A stretch of DNA of 63,831 bases, filler included, from Xylographa opegraphella (lineage: Eukaryota): assembly GCA_022813865.1 (NCBI GenBank). It is 5 parts of 5 records of this genome, joined end to end, with 100 filler letters (N's around TTAATTAATTAA, not from the genome) between each part and the next. Parts side by side here need not be neighbours in the genome. Positions count along the whole stretch, not along the records: positions 43,083 to 56,740 come from JALDZX010000159.1; positions 56,841 to 63,831 come from JALDZX010000204.1; 3 more parts are not named here. The stretch is one strand, 5' to 3'. The notes beneath the pieces are model-generated. The model was not told where the DNA came from. It searched no databases and saw only the letters and a list, made by a program, of their open reading frames with translations. The position numbers and the translations under genes were made by a program. Of the stretch, positions 48,567 through 61,537 are shown one piece after another. Each line of letters begins with the position of its first letter. The first letter of the stretch is position 1.

Positions 48567-50454
48567 CTATTGTACCACTAATTCGTCTTGCTGAATCATT
48601 TCTGGCGACATCTCTTCCGGTAACACCCAGCTTGGGCCATACTTTAAGGTACTTCGTTCATTGCCCTGCGAGCCTCTTGGAGCAATTTTACCTGTCATTT
48701 CGGCGTATACCCGCAACCCTGCCTACATTGCGAGCTCTTTTGCCTGTGCCCTCAAAACCCTGGCTGCTTTATTAAACTCGGCCAGCTCCAGTCCTAGTCG
48801 TACACGCTCGGCCTTGGCCGTTTCGAGAGTTCCATCCTCTAGTACTCGCTCGCCGCGAAGATGAATCGGTTTTGCCGGTGTCACAAGTTCAGGCAAGGGG
48901 TCCATACCGATTGCTTGGCAGCGTTCTGCTGCACGCTCCCGTACAAGTGACTCTTTCTTGATATCAGCGGTCTCGATCGCTCGACGAAGTTTTCGCCGAA
49001 GCTTATGGTTGTAGTTTAAAGCTTCGTGATCTTGACCTTCACTTAAGTCCAGCTTGATGAAGTCTCCTGGATCCCCGTCATTTCGCACGCCTGTAGGCAT
49101 GATGTGAGCACTTTCCATCCCAGCGGCACCAGAGAGATCGACTCGTCTTTTGTTCCTGTTGATAGGATCGCTTTGCCCTCTAGACTTCACATCACTTAAT
49201 GAGCCAACGAGCTCAAGCGAATCAAAATCAACTTCAAGCCCTCTCATTCCAAGCGCTTTTGGCTTAATCTCAGCCACGCCTTCGGTGTTAGAGATTGTAA
49301 ATCCAACGCAGCAGAAATCTCGATAGCCACTTTCCTTTCCACGGCCGCAATCGCAACAGCGATTTTCTTACCTTCCTCGTCCTCGGCACTCTTTATTTTT
49401 GTCTTGTGTCTCTTCTCTTCCTCTGCAGTAAGATTAGTTGGGGGCCAATACCCACAGCAATTGAACTGACCTTTGATGGACTTCCAAGTGTACTTGAGGT
49501 CGCGATAGACTTTCCTTTACTCATCCCTTGCTGCACGTCTCTCAACTTTCCCAGATTGCTGTTTCGCCCTGAGTGCTTTTCTTGACGCTGCTTTCCGCTT
49601 CCTCGCTCTAAGCACCCTTCGCTCTATTTCCACATCAGGAAGATCCCATAAATCAAGCCAATTCTCCTCGCTGCCTAGTATCTGTATGCCTTTGGGGATT
49701 ATAGGCTTCGGAGGCGGTGGCTGTGGTTCGAATTTGGCGAATTTTCTCTGCTGAGATTTGCTCATCTTCGCATCCGGAATTACATACTGACTAATATTTA
49801 TTTTCGTCCATCGTGATGGGTTTATATCAGACCCAAGACTTGATTTCGTGTCCATAGAATCGAACTGCTCCGCCTTCCCTTTCTGAGCTGTAGTAATGTC
49901 CAATGGCGTCTTCGATCCTGCCTTAGGTGATTCTCTACCTTCTCACCTGCGAGTAGTCTCCAATGATGATATTGAGCCATCCGCTTGTATTGCGACCGGA
50001 CCTATGTTAAACATAGCACCTGTAGGATCGTGTATCGCTGCAAGCCGCTGCGCTTGCTCGCGGGCCTCATTATGTATTACCCGCGCTCACTTTCGATAGC
50101 TCGTAGCCGGTTCCGCTATGCATTCTTGGTATATTTGTCGGGGTTGCTTGTCTATATAGATTGATTAGCTTTATATTTTTCTTGTCCGCCACAATACTGA
50201 CCATGCGCCGGAGGAGTGTAGCATTGAGCTTTCGCTGCTTCTTCTCGTCGGCCTTTCGGTTCCGTTTCTCACCTCGAGAAGCCACACGGTACTCCCGTAG
50301 GCGTTGCTTTCTCTCCCAGTCGGGATCTAATGCGAGTGTCAGTTAATGCAGCATGTCACTTACACCCCTTTGGAGCAGCATTTCACTTACCTTTTGACCT
50401 TTTGGCAAGAGCTGGTATGGGAACAGCAGACTGCCACTCCATTGTGCCTTGCAT
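48567..50454 (-). pseudogene. Disabled gene for a K/R/E-rich uncharacterised fungal protein
   Basis: ATG 50454 and three clean GT-AG introns. The coding frame is broken by stops (50116-50118, 50077-50079, 49943-49945, 49517-49519, 48723-48725) and apparent 1-nt deletions (near 50070 and 49305). Protein-like sequence continues past each lesion. Confidence 0.75.
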
Positions 50455-51290
50455 AGCAGTAAAAATCGGAAGCCGGGGGAAAAATTCTCTATCCAGAGAT
50501 CGCGAAAAAGTTTACGGAAAATGTTGGCGCCCTCAAGAGTGACCAACAAGATGATCCAGCGTGAGACGACCTCTCGCTAAATATGCAACGAGCTAAACTT
50601 GAAAAAGAAATAAGTACTGATCGGAGCGGAAATACAGCATCACTAGCGCTCGAACTTCGATTTGGGACCCCCTCATCCTAATAGCAGTTACGCCGCAATA
50701 GTGCTTCGAAAAAAGAAATCAATAAATTTTTAATCTGTAAAGAACGAGCAATATTTGCTTTGAACACATTTATTTATTCAATACGTTTAATCATTTAATC
50801 ATAAAATATAAAATATTTAACAATTTTTAAAAAATAATTATTTTATTTTATTTTATATTTTAATAAAAAGTAAAAAAATTATATATTTTGTATTTAAAGT
50901 TTGAAGAATTGAATATATTAGTAATTTTTTAACGGCTCGAAATAATTATTTCGATTAAAGTTTTTTATCGACGCTCGTAATTAATTTTTAACGCGAGTCG
51001 AGTTTTTGTAATAATTATTAAAATTATAAATTGCGCGAAATGACGCGTATAACGTTTAAAATTTGAAATTTAAAATTATAAACGAATTGCATTGAAAAGA
51101 AAATTCGTAAATTTAATATTTGAATTTGTAATAATAAATTTAACGAAAAATTTTCGTTAATCTTTTAAAGTTTTTAATTAATATTATTTAATTGTAATTA
51201 TTATTTTCACTCGATATTGTTAAATTCTTGCGGGTATAATACGCGAATTTAGTATGAATTTTATTATGAATTTTACGTTATATACATATT

Positions 51291-51400
51291 TGTTGAAAAT
51301 AACGTTATTTGATAAAATACTTTTTTATATTATTTAAAAGCAATATAAACGTTAATATACTTTTAAATTAACGTAATGATGTATAAAGAAATTTATTCCT
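51291..51400 (+). mobile_element. Third copy of the copia LTR 5' end, interrupted by a family E LTR
   Basis: TGTTGAAAATAACGTTATTTGAT... colinear with 36684-36790. Confidence 0.8.
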
Positions 51401-51589
51401 TATTGAAACTAATCACTAGGCACAGGTAATGGCAGCAGGTAACAGTGCATTGCTTAATCACTAAGAAGGTGAAGAGTTCTTCTGGAGACGGGGCTCCANN
51501 NNNNNNNNNNNNNNNNNNNACTAAGCTAGGCCTAATCGGCTATAGTAAAGGACCAACAACACAGACTGCTAACGCCCTGATTTTCAACA
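51401..51589. mobile_element. Short LTR, family E (about 189 bp, with N gap)
   Basis: TATTGAAA (from TGTTGAAA)...TTTCAACA termini; right end identical to 42923-42982. No TSD; the gap may join different copies. Confidence 0.7.
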
Positions 51590-52453
51590 TAAAATATAAA
51601 AAACTCTTTATTTTTATAATCGTTTAACGTAATTTAAAAAAAACGTAATTTTTATTTTAATACCGAATTTTAAAATTTTTTAATATTAAATTTTAATTTC
51701 CTCAAACGCGTAACAGGCGTAAGTTGTACGAAATAATCGATTATAAAAATTTATATTAATTTAAAAAGTACGAAATCGTTTACTTTAAAAATTTACTTAA
51801 CGTAATCGAAGTAAAATGCGTTTTTTATATTGATATTAAATTTTAAAGTTTTATTTTATACCGGTGTAATTTTTTTTTAAAAAAGTTAAAATTAATTAAT
51901 TAATTAATAATGTATTAATTACGACTCGAATATAATTTTACGACGTATATTTTATTATAATCATAAAAAATTTAAACGATTATTAAAAATAATAAAAATA
52001 TAATAAACGCAGAATTAATAAATTATTAAAAACGATCGTTATAAATCAAATTAAAAATTAAAAAAAGAGATAATTATAATATTTACGATATTTATTAATT
52101 ATACGTAAATCGAACTTGTCAATAACGTAAAAAGTATATATTTTTATACTTTCGTTGAATAACTTTTTTGTTTATATACGGTATATAAACATTAATAGAT
52201 TAGTCTCGTATCAGCCTCGCTAAGGGTTTACATCGGAGTTAGAATAATCAATCAATCAATCAAATGCTAAACGCTTTAATTAGAGCGTGCGCCCGGCTTT
52301 AAACCTACGAAAATATTCGATAGGTTGCAATCTATCGAAAAAACAGTAAGTTGAATTTACTGAAACCTACTGAAAGATTGCTGAACAGGCCCTAAGCTAC
52401 TCTTGTACATGCGATTGACTATTGTTAGAGATCTATCAACTTCCAGTATCAGG

Positions 52454-53466
52454 ATGACAATAGCAGCCTCAGCCATCCCGCGCTTCCTGCTTCCACAGCT
52501 GACATGGAGGAAAGTTATACCATGTACCCTTGGCGAGACTGTCGGTCCACTACAAGCACGCAAGCACCGAGACTACAATAGGCTTCAGCGGCGGGACAAG
52601 TTACAGTTATCAAAGCCTACAGAGTACATGCGACAGCAGTACTGGAGCATAGTAAGCCGTCTAGGAGTGTGGTATTTTCCCGGCAATGTCGGCCCAGGTG
52701 TCTCGAAACTCTCTCGGGCCTTATCTCGGTCAACACAGCGAAGTCTTGTGAGACCAACCTCGTTCCTCAGACTTGTTAGCCATCGTTCTTTCCATACAAG
52801 TCCGGCTCTGTATCGTGATCACCACTTCGATACTTTGAAGTTTGTGCAGCGTCTGAAGGATGAAGGGTTCTCGGAGGAGCAGGCTACTGCTATGATGAGG
52901 GTTTTATCTGATGTAATTGAAGAGTCGATACAGAACCTGACTCGTACGATGGTCTTACGGGAAGGTAGTAGAGCGGTCCCTGTCAACTCGCGTAATACTT
53001 GACTGACGAGCATTCAGATGCCGAACGCTCGATCTATACCCAAAAAGTGGACTTCACCAAGCTCCGCTCTGAACTTCTTGCTACCGATTCCGCAGAAATC
53101 AACCTTACCCGCGCTTCCCACGAGCGCCTCACTAACGATCTCGCAAAATTAAATTCTCGACTTCGAGATGAGATTAGCCGCACACAAGCCAGTGTGAGGT
53201 TAGACCTGAACTTAGAGAAAGGACGGATTCGCGAAGAAGCGAATGTACAGGAGTTGAAAATCAAGGAGACAGAGACGAGAATCGAACAGGAGGTGGCGGG
53301 GCTACGGGAGAGAGTGGAAGGAGTGAAGTTCAGTACTTTACAGTGGCTAATGTAAGTACATCGGCTGTTTGTAATAGTCAAGAGGGTGTGCTGATGTGCT
53401 CATCTTAGGGGTGTGTGTACCGGCACGGCTGCTTTGATACTGGGGGCGTGGCGCCTGTTGATGTAA
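52454..53466 (+). CDS. FMP32: Mitochondrial DUF1640/CCDC90-MCUR1 family protein
   Basis: HHFDTLKFVQRLKDEGFSEEQA, VRLDLNLEKGRIRE and C-terminal TM LQWLMGVCTGTAALILGAWRLLM. Exons 52454-52964, 53018-53351, 53409-53466. An alternative upstream ATG lies at 52409. Confidence 0.9.
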
Positions 53467-53706
53467 GAAACTAAGAGATCTAGGGAGGTAAACGAAATAC
53501 GTTCAACAACCAATCCTTACAGTCTATAACTTTTCGTTTGCTATTCGGAATATACCATGTGCCAGCTACTGCAGGCGTGCAGTGCAAGTCGGCATATATT
53601 TCCCCATCTTAATGTCGTAAAGCGCTTCAAGGTGAAACCTGCAAAACACACTCCCCCAAATACCCTTCCAACAAATGTCCAGTAAACTGTCGTCGCTTCC
53701 TCATGC

Positions 53707-54754
53707 CTACAGGTCAAACAAATCCTTCAGTAACCGCATGGTATCCTCCGGACCTCCAACTGCATGCCCAACCGTTCTCGCATCTTCGTAAATCTCGTAA
53801 TCATTTCCTCCCTCAAAGGTCTTGTCCCCGAAAAAGTGGATGGTGGTAAATTCGACACCTGAACTCGCCTTCTCCTCTTCCAGATGCTTCAAGCAGTACG
53901 TCTTGTCCCAACCTGTGGGAAAGACATCAAAGGAGATCTTACCACCGATGGAGTATGTAAGTCCGTTATCAGGGAATTTCTCTCTCAACGCTAAGACGAA
54001 GTCCTGACGGATGTTATGCTGTTTGTCGTAAGTTTCGTATGCGTTGCGTTCAGCGATTGAGGCATTGCGGCCAATTGGGGATACGTTGATCATACCGTTC
54101 CTGTAATAATAATTAGCACGTTTAGTAACAGTTGGCAAAGCTACGGGAGAGACCGCGGTTCGATCAACGACTGATCCTAGTCTCCATGTCCATTGCGTGA
54201 ACAAATCAGAAGACAATAACGTACCGGAATTCCACAAAGGTACCCCTCTTTATCGGTAACTTCAGCCCGGCCACATACACCAGACAAAAATTGACCAGCT
54301 CCTGGTACTTCTCCTCACCCAGCCACTCAATGAAGCTGTTTCCCATAAGCGGCTTTCCCATACGGTATGCGGTGAGCCCGTTCTCCGCGAAGCAGAAATC
54401 AAATAGAGCAGTAACAGGTACCGCAGGTGTTCCAAGCTGTTCCTGCTGCTTAATGAGATCGGAGCCACCAACGAACCCTATGGCGCACTTATGCCGTAGT
54501 GCGGAGAGCAGACTAAGCGTTTCGGGAGACGCAGCCTGTCATGATATTCTTAGTCCAATGCATTGGTCAACAACCTGAAGGCAGTTTGATGTCGAAGGCA
54601 TAGCAAGTAAAGAGATACTTTAAATGGGAAGATAGCAAGGGAGAGCGCGTACTTGGCGGGCTAGGGTGAGGGTGCCGTCCACGTCGAAGAGGCAGATTGT
54701 GTTCTTCAAAGGGCGAGCTTCGAGAGGCGTAATCACGCTGGCTACTTCGGTCAT
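53707..54754 (-). CDS. SEC53: Phosphomannomutase (HAD family)
   Basis: [53 protein letters not shown]; two GT-AG introns. Confidence 0.97.
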
Positions 54755-54893
54755 GATTGAGGAATTCGCAATAGGAGAAGGTCCAACAAGTAATGATGTA
54801 TCGAGTAGAAACTTGGAAGAAATCCTCCGGATTATATCCCTTATCGTGGTCGTTCTGCAACAAACTTAGGGCCTCGGCACATACAGGGGCAGT

Positions 54894-56740
54894 ACGTTAG
54901 AGGTTCCGTCGGGTCCGTGCACGGCTCGGGGGTATGCACACCCCCCCCCCTTCTTTTACCACTTCATGTTTGCAAGCATTGCGCAACAACCACCTATTCA
55001 ATTAAGTTCATNNNTGGAAATATATTTATAGAGATCAATGCGAAAATAATGCGCGCTTTAGATTAGGAATCAAATCGCCTTGAAGACGTCAATTGCCTCC
55101 CGTATCGTGATGACATGATTTCGGACCCCTCCATTTCCTGACCTCGATTTCCTGCATTTCCTTCCTCTTTGCGTTGCTTTGACCTTGCACAGCTCTTCTG
55201 AAGGTGTTTACTGACCTTTTGAATATCCAATTCGAGTTGCCTGTCCACTGCACGTGCTTCCAAAGCTTCCTTCCGAAGGCGTATTTGTTCATCCCGCTCC
55301 ACCCTTCTTTGAAGCGCAGCATTTTCCCGCGCTGCTTTCCGCTGGGCAATCAACAACTGCTTCTTTTCTTTCGCTTGCTTCTTGCGTTGCTTTTCATCCA
55401 TCTTTTGAAGCTCCTCGGCGTGTTTGGCGTCTTGTATTTGCTGGCGACGTGCTCTGGCTTCCACAATTTTCGTAGGACTGAAAAAATGAGCTTTAACTTC
55501 ATGATCTGATCCAGTCAGATCAAATAAAGGCTTTCCTCTTATTCTTTTACCCTTCTCGATGAAAACTGTGTGTTGTAGATCCGCCACCTTCGCTTCTAAG
55601 ATCGTATTGCGTGCCTGTAGATGATCGACCGTGTTAATAAGTTTCCTCGCTTCCTGAGTTACTGCCTTGCCAATTGCGCTCTGTACAAGACCCCTAACCT
55701 TCCTCCAATCAGGATTAGATATTGCTGAAGACCCCGTAGTGCTTGATGAGGGTCTTTCATTCGGTCTAACCTGATCAAGCACTCGATCAGGGTTGAAAGG
55801 TTGTAATCCTGTTTTTTCCCACCCACTTAATACGTTCTTTTCCACAAATGCACGCTGATAGGCCGGCCAGAAGAGTTCGAAAAAGGCTCTTTTGGTAATT
55901 GTCGATAAGCCCGCAGTCCTGGCGATCCAATTGGTCAATTCCTGGCTGTAGTAGTTGGCCAATGGACTGAATAGGCTCACGTCCAGGGGTTGAAGTCGGT
56001 GAGTTGAATGCGGCGGATAGACCGCAACGAGGACCTTATTTGCATCACACCACTCTAGGAACTTCCAATTAACGTGACTATTATGTCCGTCCACGAAAAG
56101 AAGCCGCCAATCGCGTGCAAGACGGGCTTTTGGCTTCGAATACCTATCGAACACCCCAGTAAGCCATTCGTAGCCTAAATTCTCGTTGGTCCAACCAGTT
56201 TCTGACGAAGCGAAAAAGCAACATTGCTCTTTAGGATCAAATCTATCAAGCCACGTATCCTGAATGTTACCGGATTGAGCTTGATAAATAATAGCCGGTG
56301 GTAAAGCAGTCCCATCCATACAGCACGTAGCCATTAGGGTTATCCATTCCCTATTACCAGATTGGCCAGCACCTTTCAAACGACCTTTCCGAAGCTCGCT
56401 TACTTTACAAATCCTTCGAGTCTTTGGTAAAACCCCAATTAGGAAGCCCTTTTCGTCCATGTTATAGACGTTTTCAGGCAGGAACTCGTATTTGACCATT
56501 TTTTCCTTAATCTAGATGTAATTAGCCTGATTCCTTAGCTTAATAGGGTTACTTACGAGCCTGAAATATTCTGTATAATCATATAAGTTATCTGCTCGCT
56601 TGCGGTTTAGGTCAAACCCTGATAGGAAGCAAGATGACAGTTCCCCGTGGGTCGATTTGATAAAGCGATTGACCCAACCATTTCCAGGACTTTTGCCACT
56701 GATATCAAAAGCAAATCTACGCACCATGCGTGGTGTAGGG
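54894..56740 (-). mobile_element. Fot1/pogo (Tc1/mariner) DNA transposon, 5' end lost at contig end
   Basis: TA target followed by the (A)CGT terminus at 54893-54897; transposase CDS inside. Confidence 0.88.
55063..56740 (-). CDS. Fot1/pogo DDD transposase (CENP-B HTH + DDE_1), 5' partial
   Basis: PGNGWVNRF, NMDEKGF, LLFVDGHNSH, HRLQPLDV. Intron 56556-56512 (GTAAGT...CTAAT...TAG) joins YFRL to IKEKMVKYEF. No stops. Confidence 0.93.
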
Positions 56741-56840
56741 NNNNNNNNNNNNNNNNNNNNNNNNNNNNNNNNNNNNNNNNNNNNTTAATTAATTAANNNN
56801 NNNNNNNNNNNNNNNNNNNNNNNNNNNNNNNNNNNNNNNN
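56741..56840. other. Artificial contig linker
   Basis: N-TTAATTAATTAA-N. Confidence 0.97.
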
Positions 56841-56910
56841 TGAGTCCCGGACGCGCTTTAGTCCCGTTCCGTCTATCACTTGTTAAGGTGCCATGTAACA
56901 CGCCATTACA
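56841..56910 (-). mobile_element. Family A LTR, 5' part, at contig start
   Basis: Reverse complement of 554-623 with 3 differences. Confidence 0.9.
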
Positions 56911-58006
56911 TTTTAAACAATTTTAAATATATTAATATAAGCATATAGTAAACGTATAATATTTATATTATATAAATTAATTATAATTCTATGTTTTAAC
57001 AGCTACAATCTGGCGTTTTAATAATTTTAACTTTTAATTTTAATAAATTTTGGCCGCTTTTCGGGATTAAATATAATTAAAACGATTAATAATCGATTTT
57101 TAAAACGTCAAATTTTAAATAATTATTTACACTTAATTGGTAATAAACGTACGAAAAATATTTATTTAACCTTTAAATATTTTAACGTAAAAATTTTTTA
57201 AAATTTTTTCTTTTAACGATTTATACGAAATTTTAAATATAAATCTCGAAATTAGAACGATTTAAACGAATTTTAAAAAGATTTAAATAATTAATTCAAG
57301 TTTAATTAAAATTTAAAAATAAATATATAAGACGTAATATCGCTTGTAACCGACAAGGCAGTATACATAAATATATATTTTTATTAATTCAACGCGAATA
57401 CGCGCTCGAAGCGTATTATTTATTTTAATCAATAATAATAAAACGTAAAAACGAATTTAAGAATGTAAAAAATATAATCGTTAAAGGTATAAATTTTAAA
57501 GCGTTAAAACGTAAATAAGTTAATATTAAAAATAAATATTTTACTGCGATTTCGCGCGAATTTATTTTTAAAAATTGTTTTTTTAATACGAATTTTAACA
57601 ACGCAATATTTGACTATAATAAAAAATATATATAAACTACAAGTAATAGATCCTCAACGGGCGTTTCTACGAAATAATATAAAGATAATAAATAATTAAA
57701 AAATAATTAAACTTAAAAATGATATGAATTTAAAATAAATAGTATAAAATTAACGTATAAAACTCGAAGTATCAACGCCGCGGCTTTAATATTATTAATT
57801 ACAAATCGTATAATACGCGTAATTACGACTGCTGAGCGAGGGAAATAATAAAAAGTAATTTTAAAATATTATAAATTATGCGAAAATCGAACGCATAAAA
57901 AGCGTAATAAAAATTGATTTTTTCCTTAAAGAGTTACTTAATTTATATATATATAAATAAGTTTTTCTTGTATAAATTTTATAAAAAATTATATCGATAT
58001 AAAATT

Positions 58007-58120
<114 letters not shown>

Positions 58121-59034
58121 TTTATACGTATATATAGCGTAATTTTTTAATTTATAATATTTTTTTTATCATAACGACGATTTTTTTATTTTTTTCTTTC
58201 ACACTTTTAACGTAAATTTATATTAATTTTTTTAATTCTTAAATTTTTCATTATATTAATATTTTTTCAGTTTAAATATAATAAATTTTTATAAATATAA
58301 ATTTACGAGAAAAATAAATATATTCGTTTTTAATACGTTAATTTGAATCGTTTAATACATTTTTGTAACAATTTTTAAATATTTATTTTAAATAACTGCC
58401 AGCTCTTGATTTATTTATTTTTTAAATTTTTTAAATTATATTAAATAATAAAATCGTAGAATTACGTTAAACGTATAATTATTAAATATATTTACCTCGT
58501 TTTCGGTAATTTTACGTTTTGTATAAATATCGATAACTTGCTTAAAATCAATAATGAAATCGTTATTTTTTTCGATCTCGCGCAAATAAAGATTTTACTT
58601 TAATTAATCGTTTATTTGAAATTTTATTTATTGTATTAAAATCGTATAAAACGTTAATTCATATTTCGTTTAATAATTGCTTGGCAATTACTTAACAATT
58701 TATTAATGATTTCTTGGCGAATATAATTTTCACTTTAATATAACGATTTTCGAGTTTTAATAATAAATTTTTTTTATTTTTTCAACATAATTCAATTGCA
58801 TTTAGCGAATTCTTTAAATTTCGCAAAATTTATAAATTTTTACATTAATCAGCAAACTTGATTATGATTATTTAACTGATTCGGTCATAACCGTCAATGT
58901 ATCGAACGATCACGCTATTTCGTAATGGAACAAAATTCACCCCAATAGTAAATCACGTTTTCTATTCGTCTTAGGCTTCCGGGTTTATTGTTTGAAGTTA
59001 TCACAAATCGGGAAGCATACATAAAAAGGTGGAC

Positions 59035-59635
59035 ATGTCCTTGACCGCGTCGAAAGCTGACAAGGCTTTCCAAATCAGGTCTTTAGTATGTATCATAATC
59101 TTTTGAGAAAACAACTTTGTTAATGAGCGCTGAACAATGCTGAGCTATGTCCCTCTCGAAGTTTCGATCTTTACTCCGGCAATCGAGCCAATTCGCTGCA
59201 TACAATTTCCGGGAGTATGCAAAACGGAGGACAAAGGATTCATTTCATGAAAATAAGTGCGAGGCAGACGAGCGAAAAGTGCAAGACTTCATGCAACAGG
59301 GTTTGAAGGAGCTGCAGATGATGAAGGTAAGCGGATGGCCGTCACTGCCTTTTCAAGGTCGACTCCTTCCCATTCGACAAACTTTACGGCTCACCGACAG
59401 CGAATACTCAGAAGTTGACGTATATGGTATAGAGACAAACCGTTGTAAGCCAGTTCTTCCACCTGGATCGATTGGTTGTGGAAGGTGGAAATGCAGTAGG
59501 TCCACTCTCCTTGAAGCACTGCACTGGGTCGTTGTTGACAATAGCTCTCTGCAGGGAAAGCAAACAGATGACCAGGGAGGTATAATACGGCAGACCGAGG
59601 AAAACGCAAATCGCAACTTTGAAGGCCGAGAATGA
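59035..59635 (+). CDS. ISD11: LYR-motif Fe-S biogenesis factor Isd11/LYRM4
   Basis: Four exons give [45 protein letters not shown]...[33 protein letters not shown]...*. Confidence 0.95.
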
Positions 59636-61336
59636 TTACCGACGCCGGCATTCAGTCAGAAAGTTACACAATACTACGCACTTGATGATCGGTCTTCTGC
59701 AGAGAAATCATCCCTTTGATAGAAATGTATATGAAAAAGGGACTGTTGGTGTGTTGGGGCATGCACAGAGTCATTACAACGTCTCTCTGCCAGATGACGA
59801 TGTGGTACTCAGGAGCTGGAAGTTTGCACCAACTGTGCTGAGTAAAATAAAGGGATGATACCGAAGGGTATGGGAACGAACATTCGATTTATATTGAGAA
59901 TTGATCTTGCTGTTCTCACGAACAATGTTATCAACCTTAATCGCTGTACTATTATTAATTGATATATTTATCACAATGCAGAAGGACACAAAATGTAAAA
60001 AATTTAAAAAATGTTGAAAATATAATAAATGTCAAAATGTAAAAAGTAAAAAAAAAGTAAAAATTTATAATTATATGAAATTTATATCTAAATAAACGAA
60101 AATCATTTGTTAATATCGAGTTTTAAATCGAATTGAATAAATTCATTATTAATATTAAAAGATCGACTGGTTAAAAATATTATTTATATATTTTAATTTA
60201 TAATATAAAAATTGTATTTTAAAAAATTATAAATCAATTTATAAATTAAATAAATATTAAAATAAATATTATTTATCAAAATATATTTTAAATTATTTAT
60301 AAATTATATAAAAGTTGTTTTGAATTTACAATAAAATGCTAAAAATACGTAAATAAATTATACATTTTATTGAAAATTAATAAAGTATTAATTTTATTAT
60401 TTCATTTTATTATTATTATAATAATTTTATCGTGTTTTTGTAATATTGATTTTAATCGATTTATCGAAAAAATTTACTTTTTGAATTTATAAACGTATAT
60501 TTGTCGTTGTCATTACGTTATTTTATATATTTATATTAATTCATTTATTTATTCAATCGTTTTCGTAAAAGGGTATTTTCGTTATTATTACGATAAAATA
60601 ATATAATTAAATTTAATAATATAAAATACTTTAATTTTAATATAAAAAATATTGATAAGATTATTTTAATTAAAAGGTATATATTTTATAAAAACGTATA
60701 TATTTTTATTAATAAATTTAAAGATATAATAAAAATTAAAAGAAACAAAGTCGTATTTGAAACCTTTTTTCATATATTTTCAGAAAATAATATAAAAATA
60801 ATATATTATAAAAATTGTTTTAATAAAAAAACTTTTAAAAATAGCCAATTTGAAATTTATTTAATAAGATTTAATGAAATAATGTGAAAAACGAATATCA
60901 ATCGCGTTCGTGGTTTTACAATTTAAAATTTTCAAGTATAAAAAAATTAAAAATAAATTTTTTTTACATTTTTATATTGAAATAATAGTTAAATATACAA
61001 ATATCGTATAATTAATGTTCAAATATAATAAATTAATCGCGGTATAAAATAATTTTAAATTCAATTTTAAAATATAAATATTAAAATTAAAAATAATACG
61101 ATAATACGATAATTTTCAATTTTTTAAACGAGAAAAAATATTTTTTAAAATAGAACAATTGAAAGAAATTGGAAAATTAATATAAAATTAATATTTATTT
61201 TAATTTTAACTTTAACTTTAACTTTTTTTATTTTAATTAATTTTAAAATAATATTAGCAATAACAAACGCGCTGAGAAAAATTGAAGACATTAAAAAAAT
61301 AGTTAAACAAACTATTCGATTAAATATTAAAGAAAA

Positions 61337-61337
<1 letters not shown>

Positions 61338-61400
<63 letters not shown>

Positions 61401-61440
61401 NNNNNNNNNNNNNNNNNNNNNNNNNNNNNNNNNNNNNNNN

Positions 61441-61537
<97 letters not shown>
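61338..61537. repeat. (TAA)n microsatellite with N gap
   Basis: Read directly; source of the poly-Y ORF. Confidence 0.95.
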
